Shown: positions 1 to 15,617 of the stretch, in pieces
How the letters are laid out: each line of letters starts with the position of its first letter
Numbering within the stretch: position 1 is the first letter of the stretch
Source of the DNA: the human T2T-CHM13v2.0 reference genome, Homo sapiens
Strand: one strand, 5' to 3'
Length of the DNA: 64,000 bases
NCBI RefSeq assembly: GCF_009914755.1
Contig: NC_060929.1
The notes under the pieces: model-generated
The model's database searches: none
Seen by the model: only the letters and a program-made list of their open reading frames with translations
Told to the model about the DNA's origin: nothing
Position numbers and translations under genes: made by a program

Positions 1-654
1 CACGGATCTTCCCCTAGGATATATTCTTCCCAGTAGTAATGAGCCATTCCTGTACAGAAAGGGCCCAGGCTCCAGGGCCTGTGCATAGGGTGGTATGTCT
101 CTTACCACACCAGCTGCCTGTGTGGCACAGTGCCCGTAGGCACCTAGTGCAATCTTCCCAGTGGTCAGTGTGGTTAGCCACAGGGGAAACTTGAGAAGGA
201 ACGTCTTGAAAACTGACAGCTTTTTTTCATTCTCTAAAGATTCTCATAGATTTTCATGGAAGTCACTCTCAGGAGAACTGTCTATACTAGTAGAATTTGG
301 TGCCTTTTAAAAAATCAATTATATTCTGCTTATATTGTGGCTCCTTGGAGCCACAGAGTTGAGATGCTCTAAAAATCAGGACATGACATAGAATTATTAT
401 AATTAAAATGCTGAAAATGAAGATAGCAAGGATTGGTATCTTTATCACTGGATGAGAACTTAGCACAGCAGACAGTAACACAAGTGTGAGGACCAAGTCC
501 AGAGCGATCAGTGGTCCAGAAGAGCTGGTTTCTTCCAAACCCCTACTTAGTTCAGCCCTGATAATAGGCTGCAGTTCCTGTTCCTGGGTTATACCCTGGC
601 TCTCACACAGAGAAACCTGGCCACTTTTTAGAAAATCACTTTTTAAATTACAGA

Positions 655-970
<316 letters not shown>

Positions 971-1273
971 TAAATTACAGAAATACTTTTCCTTTGACAA
1001 AGTAAATAATATGCATAATTTATTTGCATATTATTTACTTTGCATTATTAATGCATAACTGCTGCCCAGAGATAGCAGTTAACATTTTGGTATAAATGTT
1101 GTGATATAGCCCTTTTTGAAATTCATCTTGTGTGTTAGTCTCTGTCCAGAGGATGTATTTGCAGCTAATATAATGCTACATAAAAGTGTTGTTAGTATGT
1201 TGGTGTAGGGTGGGAAATAAAAAAAATAGTGTTGTTGAGTGTGTTGTTTTGTGTGTGTATATTTTTAACTTTA

Positions 1274-1592
<319 letters not shown>

Positions 1593-3864
1593 TTATATAG
1601 TCTGTATATCCTCAGCTGTATCTCAGTCTCTTAGAATATGCAAGTCTTAAGGAGTGATTATCAGCTTTCACCGATGTCTCCATTTCAAATGTTAGTATCA
1701 CACAGTTGATGTCATGCTGGGTTTTTTACCCACAGAGAGGTTAAGGGACTTAAATTTTACATAAATTGATTAAGCCAGGTATGTTACGCATACTCTCTGA
1801 ATCCAGTGAACCTGTATCTGTAAGAGCTAGACCTTTGGGGATACAGAGCTGAAGAGGACCCAGCTTCTCCCCTGTGAGCTGAACTGGCAGTTTGGCAGGG
1901 GATGGGGGTCCGTGGAGACAGACCCATTGAGCAGATCATCGCAGTGTTTGAGTAACCTGCCCTGGTTTTCTGCTGTTCCAGGCTTACCCTGGCTCTCTGA
2001 GGGAGTGGGTTCCTTCTCCAGGAAATATTTACTTTCCTATCAACTCCCTTGGAAAATCTTATCAGCTTGTACCAGGAAGCTTGCTGCCTGTATGCTATCA
2101 GGGCTGCAATGCTTTTGGTCTCGAGAGGCTAATACTGCTCCCTTCCTTTTCTCTCCCTGCTGGGCTCAGTGGCCTTTTCCTCATTTGATCAAGGGTGCCT
2201 TGTGTAGCCAGGCTGGGATCCTGATTGGAAAAGGTAGCATACTCCTAAGGTTGCCCTGACCCATCCTCAGGGCTTTCTGAAGTAAGGGGAGGAAGTAGAG
2301 CCCTCTCCCTCTATGACACACACACACACACAAAGAGCATACGCATTCTCGTTCTGGGGGTTGTACCTGAGCTTTCTCTTGAGGTTCTAGTCATCAGGCC
2401 CTTTCTCCAGGAACACACTTGCTTAAAGACTATAACTTGGGAACAGCTTAGAAAAGATTTTGATGATTTTCAATTGCATTTTCCTTAGGGAAAAAAAAAT
2501 CTCCATTAGGCTTTTTTCTTTCTTTTTTAAGTAGCGCCTTGGTTTCCTCTGAGCTTTTCCATTTACCCTTGAAATGAGTCCATTTGCTAGCCTGGGATAC
2601 CTTTTCAGCCTGGAGAATTTTAGAGACAGAGACAGCGCAAGATTATATTGTGAGTTCTTAATGGGTAAAAGTGACTTTTTGCTTTTGGAGAGAATGTATA
2701 TCATGGGTAATTTGTTTGTGAAGGATTAATATTTCTCTCTCCTCCTCCTGAGCCTCCAAAAAAGCCCTTTCCAAGTACCTCAGGCAGCTAGTGGGTAACC
2801 ATGAACTCCCCAGGGCTGTGGGCAAGATGTCCTGGGGCTGCAGATTTGAAGCCTCTGTGAAAAAGGTGTATCCTGTGGCTACTAGGCCCACTCTCCCTGG
2901 CCTAGCTGGACTCAGGACCCTAAGCTCCCTCTGCTTGCTTGATTCTCTTCCAAGATCTTCTCCAGGCAGATTATTCCCTTTGGAATAAAGTGATGGCCCT
3001 GATATCAAGGACTACCCTCAGCCCCTTTCTAGAAAATTCAGAGTACGCCAAGATCTCTTCTGAAGGGGTTGACCTGACAGAAGTGGAGTGACTCCCTTTC
3101 TTAAGAACTTGAGAGCAGTTGGGTCTCATATTTTTCCTTATCAGTGCTTTGCAGTTGCTTCAGAGTGTCACCAGCTAAGCCCATATCTGCAGTTTCTTAA
3201 TAAGACAGGCTTTTCCAACTGAGGTAAGGAGTACAAGACAGGTTATTTGTCCATCCACTCATTCATTTAGTGTGCCAGGCCTACTGAGTGCCCTGTGGTA
3301 GGCTGTGAGCATACAGTGATAAGTGGCATTGCAGTCCTCAACATTTTCATCCAGATAAAATTAGGAGCTGAGGGTCCCCAGAGTTTATCTTGGAGGTCAA
3401 AAGGAATTGCTAAATAGGACCATTTCCATTTCCCTGTTCAATCATGGGAGAAAAGTGGTGACTGTGAGAGTTGGTAGAAAGGTTCTTGGTGATAGCCCGC
3501 TCCAGCTAGCCGATATGGTCGGTGTGGTAATAAGGATGGCTGTGGTTGTGAATATCATTAGGAGGCAGTACCCCTGGCCCTCCTGGATTATCACTTTAGA
3601 GCCTAGCATCCACAGGGAGTTGGACTAAGGCAGTACCTTAGATAAACAGACATCTCTTTTTTTTCCCATTTCCATGTCTCTTGTTCATTTTTCAAAAAGA
3701 CTCCAGTTCATTGTGTAAAATGCAACTGTCTGTAGGGTGTACCAGTTCTATGCAATGCCCATGTTGCTTCCAGGTGTCTTAGCGATTGGGAAGCCCTGCC
3801 TTCTGTCCTTCAGGTCTCTGTCTTGGGAGCAATAGTAGCAGCTAGAGTATACAGAATACCCGCT

Positions 3865-4035
3865 GTATACTAGGCACTGGCCTATGTGGATTAACTCATC
3901 AAGTTCTTGAAGAACCCAATAAGGGAATAGGTACTAATCTCATCCCTATTTTACAGGTAAGGAAACTAAAGCTGGAAGAGGCTGTCACACCCTCAAAGTG
4001 GCACTGAGGTTGGACCCTAGGGTGTCCCAACTGTA
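3865..4035 (-). mobile_element. MIR fragment
   Basis: CCCTATTTTACAGGTAAGGAAACT MIR core motif. Confidence 0.7.
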
Positions 4036-6481
4036 GCACTGCCTTTCTTTGCTTTTGCCCTATGTTCCTTGGTGGGCTGCCAGGCCCAAGGGATTTGGTC
4101 TGCTTGTGCTGTGATATGGACAGATGATGACAGCAGCATTGCAAACATACTATCCAGGAGGGTGGTACCCTAAGTCAAGTGTGCTATATACGGGGCTTTT
4201 GGAGTTTGCTGAGAGTCCTTCTGCTCTATCTCTTAGTTCTCCAAATTGGTAGTGCTGTAAATAAAATCACCGCTTTGGCAGCTGAACTCTACCGGATGGG
4301 GTGAAATCAGATGCCCTCTGGCCCTCCCAGCATATTTTTGGAGGGTCCCTACATACCTGCTCCATCTACAAGGCCAACCTTACTTAGTTTTCCACCTTAC
4401 AGTTTTCATGGCAAGAGGCTGGTCATGATTGTGGAGACTTTTTAAATCTGGCTTCAGTGACAAGCTGGCCAAGCCTGATAGAGTTCACCATGGAAGGGAG
4501 TTGTTTCCCTAAACTCTGGCCCTGTCTTCCAGGGCCAGAGTCCTAGTTACAGTCGTACAAGCCAGGCCACCACTTCTGTCTCCTTTTCTCTGCTGGTGAA
4601 GTCTCTAGCCTCACATTTGCCAAATAATCACATCTCAGTGGGTAAAGTGGGGATTTTCAGGACCATTTGCCCTTGATTCTAGGTGGATGTCAGCTTGTGT
4701 TACAAAACAGTGTTACGAAACAGCAGGAATTGCGGTGGATAATTTGGCATAGCCCAGGCACCCTGCACAGTTCTTTGCAAATCTACAAGGAATGGCCTTT
4801 GTTTCTCTGAAATCGTGGGCAGTGTGCTGCAGGTAGTAGAGGGGAGGGGTGGGAGACAGTCCTTACAAGTGAGGGTTGCCCCCGAATCACCTTCTCACCA
4901 CATTCATTGAGAATGGTCATCCTGTCCCATCCCTGACCTCGGAACTCACTGTGTACCAGCCTCTAAACTGAGGTGCGTTCAGGAGAAAACACTACTGTTT
5001 TTACTGTCATAAAATTAAGCCTGGCAGTAGAAAAAGAAAACAACCTGCGGTGCTTTGCATAAATATATCTCCTGGAGCTGTTAATCAGTAACACAGGAAT
5101 CTGGTACCTTTTGAAGCCAGTTATGGTCTGTATACCTAAGATAAAACACGTTTTATGTTCATTAAAAATGATATGGCAGTGTTTACCTTCTTAGAAAATG
5201 CAGCAAGTACTATTTGAATGAGACTCCTGGGCCAGCACTCAATGTGAATCAGGCTAACATTGACGATAACAGAGTAGTCTGTGCCTGCCTGTGCCTGGAC
5301 ACTAATTGGAAAAACCCAACAGCTACCTCCTTGGTGATCTCTGCCCATTTGGGCAAGTTCCAAAGAGCCAGCTCCACTCAAAGTAACTTCTCTCTTTTTT
5401 TTTTCTGTAACCCAGTGCCTGAAAACCAGGAGGAAATCATTTCCCTGATTTCTGTTTAGCCTTCTAAAATCATGGCAGTAGTTGTCTTATATTCAAGGGC
5501 CACTGACATTGGGGGTTTTTGGTTTCTAAGTCATTTCCTATCTCTGTTTCACTCTTACCTTTTCTCTCCTTGCTTTATTTCTATGCTTCCCTGGTTTCAA
5601 GCATCATTCTTGCTGCTCAGCAGGGTATGAAATAACAGTTCATGCATTAATCACCCTAACCACGGTTCCATCCTGAGGGCAAGGGACTGTCAGGCCATGG
5701 TGGCCCTATCAGTCAGAAGCCAGGGCTATTAGGGCTGGCTGTGGCAGCCAGGGCCCATCTAAGATGATGCCCATTTCTTGGTGAGCCACTCACTAGCCAT
5801 CGTTTATTGAATTTTCTTCTAGCAGTGCAAGAAGAGAGAAATGAGGAGAGGGCGGTAATAAGATTAACATTCCTCTCACCTTAACTCATTGAAAGGATCT
5901 GTCATGATTTTGTTCCAATTGTGTTTATAATTGGTCTTGCCCAGTTTGGCATGTGGCTGTGAGCTTCCTGAGATGGGTCTTTGTCTTCTTTTCAAGTGGT
6001 CTGTGAGCTGCCTGAGTCAGGGATGATGTCTCTTGTTTCTGGACTCCTCTGCAGGGTTGGCTGTGTCAGGAAAATGCAAAGTGAGCATGTGAGGTGGGAA
6101 GGAGACTGAGCTAAGTGTCAGCAACAGCAGCTTCTTTCTCCTTCAGCACATTTGCTGGATGTGAGATATAGTTGGAGCAGTCTAGAAGAGTCTTCAAGCA
6201 GGAGGGCAGGTGGGCACACAGGCAGGCAGAGTGGACTTACTGTTTTGTGACCATGAGGTGTCTCTGGCTGGCTGGAGTCCAGGCTGGCTCCAGGGGCCTG
6301 CAGGATTGATTCATGCTACCAAACCAAAGAGAACTGAAGCTGCTGCTGGGACAGAACATCCTGAGCCACCAACGTACAGAGTTTTGCCTGCTGTGAAGCT
6401 CAGCTCTGGTGTCTTTTTCCCCAAGTGTTGAAGTGTCCTGGAATTCTCATGTATAAACAGAGGATTAAAGAATGCAAGTTT

Positions 6482-6618
6482 CTTAGCTATTTAGGAGGCT
6501 GAAGCAGAAGGATCACTTCAGTCTAGGAGTTCGAGGTTACCGTGAGCTATGATTGCACCACTGCACTCCAGACTGGGTGACACAGCAAGACCCTGTCTCT
6601 TGAGAAAAGAAAAAAATA
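6482..6618 (+). mobile_element. Alu monomer/right-arm fragment
   Basis: GGAGGCTGAAGCAG...CACTGCACTCCAG...CCCTGTCTC followed by an A-rich tail. Confidence 0.85.
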
Positions 6619-6634
6619 ATGCAGGTTTTTATGT

Positions 6635-7150
6635 ATGTGATAAAATTCTCATAAAATTTGCCATTTTAACCATTTTTAATGTACAATTCATTGGCATTAA
6701 GTACATTCACATTGTTGTGAAACCGTCACCACCACTCATCTCCAAAACTCTTTTCATCTTCCCAAACTGAAACTGTGTCCCTGTTGAACAACAACTCACC
6801 ATTTTCTCCTACCTCCAGCCCCTAGCAACCACCATTCTACTTTCCATGTCTATGAATTTGACTACACTGAGTACCTCATATAAGTGGAATCATATAGTAT
6901 TTGTCCTTCTGGACTGGCTTATTTCACTTAGCACAATGTCCTCAAGATTCATCCATGCTGTAGCGTGTGTCAGGATTTCCTTCCTTTTTTAGACTGAATA
7001 ATATTCATTGCATATTTATACCACATTTCGTTTATCCATTGACACTTGGGTTGCTTCCACCTTTTGACTATGTTTCTAAATACTGCTGCTGCAAACATGG
7101 GTGTACAAATATCTGTTCAAGTCCCTACTTTCAATTCATTTGGGTAAGGG
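6635..7150 (-). mobile_element. L1M (L1MB-like) 3' end fragment
   Basis: AAGTACATTCACATTGTTGTG, ACCACCATTCTACTTTC and AAGTGGAATCATATAGTATTTGTCC motifs. Confidence 0.85.
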
Positions 7151-9557
7151 TTTAAAGCACAAGGAGCAGGATGTCTTTGAAGATCAGTTTCTGATGAATC
7201 ACCGTTCTCTGCTGAGCAAAAGTCAGCTTTACTCACCATCTAATTTTAGACTCCAGCATAACTATCACTGGACACTCATAATATCAGACTTCATTTTGAT
7301 ATTTGATAGGCTTTCACAACATTTTATAATTCCAGTTTGATATATCCCCGATATATCCCCTTTCATTGACCACATTTCAGCTGGCCACTTCCTTATGATT
7401 GTGGAGGCACCCTTGTCACTTATTGGTGGGCACTGGACTAGGCAGTGCGCCTTACTACCGCCAGCTTGCTCTAGTGGCGTGGGCTCTTAATGACTTTGAC
7501 CCTTCTCTTTCCTGACCCTAGTTGAGCTGGGCTTTTGGCCTTGTCCCCAGACCTGGCTCTTAGGACTTGAAACCATGAGCCTGCTGATGACTAAGACTGT
7601 TGAAGCCACTTGTCTTCCCCTCATGGCAGCTTTGTGCAAGCATGGTATTATCCCCCATGTCTTCCAGTTTTTGTAATCTGCTTTTGTTTCATCCAATTCT
7701 TATACAACATTTAGAATTATTGGAATTACATATGTGTAACTTCCTAGGAAAGTATATTTCTGAAATGCCTTGGCACAGGACCGGTTTTTCCCCATACCAG
7801 CTAAGGACACACTTGGGTGATAATTGGCTTCCTTGAGCCAGTGTCCATCTGTATTTGCCAGGCCACTTAGGAAGTAGAGATGGCTGGTTGTGAAACTCTT
7901 GTCTTAATGGGCATGTGATTATTCTCTGTGTTAATTTCTTCCTAGCAATTCTCTAGATTCACAAATGAGCCAACTCAAACTACTGCATAACTAAAAATAC
8001 TGAGATCAGTTCCAGTGTACTGGTAGACTTTGAACTCATGACGTGGTAAGGACCTAGACTGTGGGCCATGTGGCTCTTGTGAGTGAGGCAGGGACTGCCC
8101 ACTGTAGCCATCTGCCCCTGCCTAGAAGGATGTTGGTGCTGCTCATAGTTCCCAGCCAGCCTTCCCTCCCTGTGTCTCAGGCCCTGTAGGGGCAGCATGT
8201 GGAGAAAGCCTGTACCCTGCACTTTAGGAACTTAGACTCTAGTTAGGGAATATGGGAACACTGACAATAAGCCAGCCACTTCTGAGACAGTCCTATTTTC
8301 TTTGTTCTATTCTAATAGCAGAAGTAAAAAGGAAAACATCACGGGCATACAGAATAAAAGTCTCCTATTCTTACCCCCAAAACTCTGTTCTTCTGGACAC
8401 TGTACATATCCTGGCCTGTAGTCTGCCTTTTTCATCTAGATACTCACCTTGAGCCCATCTCTGCCTCAGTGCTGTATTCTTAAGGACTGCTTGATATTTC
8501 TAAGGCTGTTTTTGAATGATTGCAATTACAGTGTGCTGGCAGGAATTCAGAGTCAGAAAGACCCTTAATGGGGTAGGTCAGGAAGATCTCTTGGAGGAAC
8601 CACCTAGAGATCCCAGGTTCTGGGTAGGATCCAGTGAGATGTTGCAAAGGAGAAGGAGGAGGAGGAGGACATCCTCTGCTACTTTTCTCTTCTGCTCTTC
8701 TCAGGGCTGATGGTGCCTTCTCCTGCTCTGGCACATGGCCCCTGGGGCAGGGAGTGGGAAGGATCAAACAATATTTTGTTGTCAAGGCATTTTCATCTTT
8801 GGGACCTTACTGTAGACACCACTGTCAACCCTGCTTTTTACAGATGTTGATACTGAGGTTTGGAAAGGTGAAGGGGACAGCCCAAGTCATGGGCAAAACC
8901 AGGAAGAGGAGGGAATGTCAGCTGGGTCTGAGCTGGGATGAGCTGACAAAAAGGATCAGTACATGCTTAGTACTGCGGCTACCATTTCATTACCCTGATG
9001 GTTACCTTATTTTCCGGATGCTGGAGGACAAAGGCGGGAGTTTGCCAGACAGTAGATCAGATCCTTCCCAGAAGAACAGAGATCTATGTGGGGTGTGGAA
9101 TAAGAGCTCTTCACACAGTAACCCAGCTTTCAGCTGGGTCCCTGGCCTACACCCTGGGAGGGGCCTGCTCATGAATCAGGCAGCTATTTCTGGAGCTGAT
9201 ATGAGGCAAGGGGGCACTTTGCTGCACTGGGGTAGGCAAGCCATTCCTCTGGCAGGGAGAGAAGATCAAAGAGGTTGTTCAAAGGGTATGCAGCCAGTTC
9301 CTGGAGGGTGGCTGGTGTCTATGCTCACAAGTTATTCCAGGGTGAGCCAGCTATATACAGATCGACCCCCAAAGGCTGAGGGAGCTGAGAGGCTGACACA
9401 TCCAGTTTCTCAGAAAGAAACATTTAATAGGGACTTAAGAACAGAAGCAATGTCTCAGGTGGAGGCAGGGTGGATCCCTGTACGTACTCTCCAGAAAGTA
9501 TTATTTAAATAGCAAGCTTTTAGGGTAAACACATGTATAGCTGGTCATGCCTCAGAG

Positions 9558-9866
<309 letters not shown>

Positions 9867-9943
9867 GCCGCAGACTTTCTTACAAAACTCTAGGAAGATT
9901 AGACAAATATCTTCACTAGAGGTTATTTATGCAATAGGCATTG

Positions 9944-10248
9944 TTTCTTTTTTTCTTTTATTTTTGGAGACAGGGTCTTTCTCTGTCACTTGGGCTGGAA
10001 TGTGGTGGTGTGATCATGACTCACTGCAGCCTCAAACTCCTGGGCTCAAGCAATCCTCCTGCTTCAGCCTCCTGAATAGCTGGGACTACAGGCATGAGCC
10101 ACCACACTCAGCTACTTAAAAATTTTTTTGTAGAGATGGAGTCTCACTTTATTGCCCAGGCCAGTCTTGAACTCGTTAATTCAAGGGATCCTCCCGCCTC
10201 AGCCTCCCAAAGCACTGGGATTACAGGTGTGAGCCATCATGCCCAGCC
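9944..10248 (-). mobile_element. AluJ-like
   Basis: Antisense dimeric Alu, TSD GGCATTGT. Confidence 0.9.
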
Positions 10249-10328
10249 TGGCATTGTGTTTTTATAAGGAGTTGTCTATGCTATGGGAATACATCAGTCA
10301 TCGTGGTTTCACTTCAAGATGGTGTCAT

Positions 10329-10636
<308 letters not shown>

Positions 10637-11519
10637 TCATTCTTGCCATGCAACAAACTGTTTTCCTACATAGGTGTCACTGCCCATTCAGGATCAGTGG
10701 AACGCTAGGACTGGCAGGTGGTGTAGGCAGATACAGGTGAATCCCACTGTGGGGATTCCTGCTGGGGTGACCACAGTACCTGGGTTGTTTAGGCCTTCAA
10801 TCAGTGGGAGGGAGTTGGGGAAGGGGTTGTTACCAGGCATGGGCCTGGGCCTGGCAGTCAGGATACAGGAGGTGTCTGTGGCCCCTGGACTCCAGCCTCT
10901 GGCTGCCATCCTGATTGTTCCCATGTCCCATATGTTTCTCTTCTGTCCCAGGCTCAGTATACAAACTCCACATCCTCTGACTTGGAAGCTGCCCAGCCCT
11001 GAGCTCTGCCTGGGCTTCCTAGTCATACTTCCCAAAGATGTGACCGGTTTCCCTGACTTTGAACCTTGGCTCTGATGTCATGTAGTTAGTTGAGGCCAAA
11101 GGAAAACTGATGGGGACTGTTCATGTCTGTGTGTGAGCTGGAGTGAAGGAAGGTGTGCCTAGGCAGGGCCTTCGGTTCCTGGCAGTCCCCTCCCCAGCAT
11201 TCTTGTATTTTCCTGCCGTGAATCTACTGGAGATAGAGGTCTGGCTCTGTTCTGCTCTTCCTCTTCTCTCTGAGTGGCTTTGGGCATATCCATCCCTTGC
11301 ACTGGAACTCCGTTACCTCCTCTCTACAGCGAGGGGCTAACTGATCTTGCAGGCCCCTTGCTCCTAGAATAGCCTGTGACTCTGACTCCCAGCCTCCTGT
11401 TTATTTCTGAGGCTTCTTCCCAGAGTGGGTAAACACCTCCTCTTCTTTCTCCCTGTCTACAAGAGGCCTGCTTTTGGTCAGGGGAGGGGTCTGCCTGAAA
11501 GGTCATAGGCATTTGAATA

Positions 11520-12320
<801 letters not shown>

Positions 12321-13439
12321 TCAGCTGAGTAGACGCTGAAGTTCCTGACAAGGGTCCTGGTGCTGCTGAGGTCGCTGACTGGCAGAGGTGGAGAGCAGCA
12401 GTGTGGGAGTCAAGAATGGAGGGGCTCTGCTGAGGAAGTGAGAGGAGAAAGCGGAGTATGATGGATGTTCACACTCACTGGGGTGAGGGGAGCCAGAGGG
12501 CTGGTTAGGGACCTGGAGGTGGCCCCTGGAGCATCATGGAATCCTCAAGGCTGTGCATAGGCAGAGACCAATGGCGCCTGCTCCCTTGATGCCGTCTTCC
12601 CCAGAACCTGGCTCAGGTGGGCTCCTGAGTACCTTCCCAAACCCCAAGAGAAGAGGCTGGGGTTGATTTGGTAAATTCTGAAGTACTGCCACCTGGTGTG
12701 AAGGGCCAGGGGTTGCAAAAGAAGCCTTAATGAGCTGTTTGGGATCTTGCATGGGCAGGGGGGAGAGGGTTAATAGGGGCTCAGCCCTAGGAATTGCAGC
12801 AGTATAGGGGTCCTCTCTGGTTTGAGCTCCTTGGAGGGAGAGTTGTGATTTGATAGCATCCCCTACTTGCCAGGTTTGCCCAGCAGAAGTCCTGGTGCTA
12901 GCCTAGAACTCAGAGGCTGCAGGGCCTGAGAGGAGACAGAATTGGATTTAAGGCATATTTGATAGGTGGAACTATGGGTTAGGAGGTGCCAGGTCAGGCT
13001 ATAAGAGGAGCATGGTTGTGGGGAGTTGGACCATGTGAGGTGTCTAGGTAACAGTGACTTAGGGAGGCAGCCCAGGACTGAGGATGGGGCCACTGGGGCT
13101 AGGAGCCCAGATTGGTCAGTGCCCACTGCCCCTAAAGCCCCCGGAACTATCTTAGAGCAGTTGAAATAGACGCTTGAAGAGATCCAAGGCATTCTAAAAC
13201 TAGCTAGGCCCCACCCTTCTGCCATGAGGACCCCCAGGAGCAGCTTTGAGTGTGGCATTGGAATCAGACGAGCCTGGATTTGAGAAAAATGTAAAAGCAA
13301 AGTGAAAACCTCCACCTCTCTCCACACCCTGACCTTTAAGTTCTTGTATATTTCAGAAATGTGTGTGTGTGTATTTGTGTGTATATCCTTCTTATTGTAC
13401 AAATAAAATAGATGCACTGCTCCAGACCTTGCTTTCATC

Positions 13440-13740
13440 CCTTAAATTATTGGTCACGTGGAAGAACCACCTGGTTCTTTTAGTAGTAGTCTATTATGTG
13501 GTGTGCTTTAATTTACCCAACTGGACTCACCTGATAGACATTAAGGCTAGTTTGGGGTTATTTTGATGCAGCAACAACCATACTTTACATAGATCCCTGA
13601 ACGCTGGGACAATTATTTCTGCAGGATAAATTCCAGATACAAATTTTCTGGGTTGCAGTTGTTGTCTCTCCCCTTCTCCCTAAATTCTCCTTCAAAGAGA
13701 TTCTGTCCATTCCCACTCCTGCTAACAGTGTATGAGAGTT
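13440..13740 (-). mobile_element. Old L1M (L1ME-like) fragment, part 1
   Basis: TATTTCTGCAGGATAAATTCC...CACTCCTGCTAACAGTGTATGAGAGTT resembles antisense L1M sequence. Confidence 0.65.
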
Positions 13741-13825
13741 ATAAAATGATGATAATAATACAGAGCTGTTGGGAAGATTAAATGAAATCATATGTAAAGA
13801 TTTCCGCCGGTGCCTGCCATATCAG
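13741..13825 (+). mobile_element. MIR fragment
   Basis: TAAAATG...GAGCTGTTGGGAAGATTAAATGAAATCATATGTAAAG. Confidence 0.7.
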
Positions 13826-13959
13826 GGCAGGCTTCAGGGGTGGGGCTCAGGGCAAGGGTTGCATTGAGAATTGGATCACTTTGGACAAGCAACAAATAAA
13901 GTACTGGGTTGGGTTTCCTGGTCAGCTTGGAGGAGAGGTGGCAGGAACAGTGGTCTGAT

Positions 13960-14065
13960 AGCTGCTGAGTACCTGATGTGTGCCAGACACTGAAACAGGG
14001 AAAGCGCAGTGAACCAGATCAGCTTGGCCCCTGCCCTGCCCTTGTGGAGCTAACAATCTAGACAG
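13960..14065 (-). mobile_element. L2 3' fragment
   Basis: CTGAGTACCTGATGTGTGCCAGACACTG...CCCTGCCCTTGTGGAGCTAACAATCTAG. Confidence 0.65.
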
Positions 14066-14169
14066 AACCAGTCTGCAGAGTGTGGTAAGTTCTACCAGCA
14101 TGCTGCCACTCCAAGTCCCCTCTGACTGGGTCTCTCTCTCCTCTGCCCGCCCTGCACCCCCTTCAACAG

Positions 14170-14276
14170 TGTACGTGATAGAACGGGAAAGGAAGATGGA
14201 CAGCGGGTGTCAGGCAGTCCTGGCTGCTTGCTGGGCTGCTGTCTGCTGCTGCTGCCTCCTGGACAACTTGAACTGA
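14170..14276 (+). CDS. CYSTM1: Paralogous alternative terminal coding exon of CYSTM1 (second CYSTM module)
   Basis: CTGAC (14122-26), AG-free pyrimidine tract, CAG (AG 14168-69), then phase-1 (V)YVIERERKMDSGCQAVLAACWAAVCCCCLLDNLN-TGA. 107 nt, ungapped alignment to the canonical exon, 18/35 identical residues. Confidence 0.82.
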
Positions 14277-14327
14277 GCAGCTAAGATCCGAGTATTTCCC
14301 TACAGCCCTGCTACCTCCTGTTACAGG

Positions 14328-14333
14328 AATAAA
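14328..14333 (+). terminator. CYSTM1: Polyadenylation signal of the alternative CYSTM1 last exon
   Basis: AATAAA 51 nt after the stop, CA dinucleotides at 14346-49, T-rich tract at 14351-71. Confidence 0.7.
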
Positions 14334-14559
14334 CAACTACTGTTGCACAATTTCCATTTTCTTCTTTCTTTGACAATAACTCACAGATTTTTAAATTTTA
14401 GCACCTTTCATAGGTGTGAAATGGTATCTCACTAATTTGCTTTCCCTGATTACTAGTGACCTTGAACATAAACATATAAGTTTTGGGCAGTTTGTACATA
14501 TCTTGTGAATTGATTATACATATTCTTAGCCTGTCTTTTCTGTTGGTTTGTCTTACTGA

Positions 14560-14958
<399 letters not shown>

Positions 14959-15102
14959 TAGTATGAGAAATTTTAGAAGTCATGTTTATCATCTTTCCCT
15001 CGTGCTTTGTATGGTTTAGTCTTTGAAAACTCATTTTCTATTCCAAGCTCATAAAAATAAGTCTATATTTTCTTTTAAAAATGTTTAAGATATAGTCGTT
15101 AG

Positions 15103-15617
<515 letters not shown>

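Noticed and set aside
8634-9512. 292-aa ORF, the longest in the window
   Set aside because: No recognisable domain, non-ATG start, and it runs into an LTR remnant. Consistent with a chance ORF.
14082-14169. N-terminal part of the 64-aa ORF 14082-14276 as a standalone gene
   Set aside because: It starts at a GTG and runs through the branch point and pyrimidine tract. Homology to CYSTM1 begins exactly at the AG acceptor, so only 14170-14276 is credible coding sequence.
14170-14276. Ordinary processed pseudogene of CYSTM1
   Set aside because: There is no upstream-exon sequence, a splice acceptor is present at the homologous position, there is no UTR similarity, and the frame is intact with many synonymous changes.
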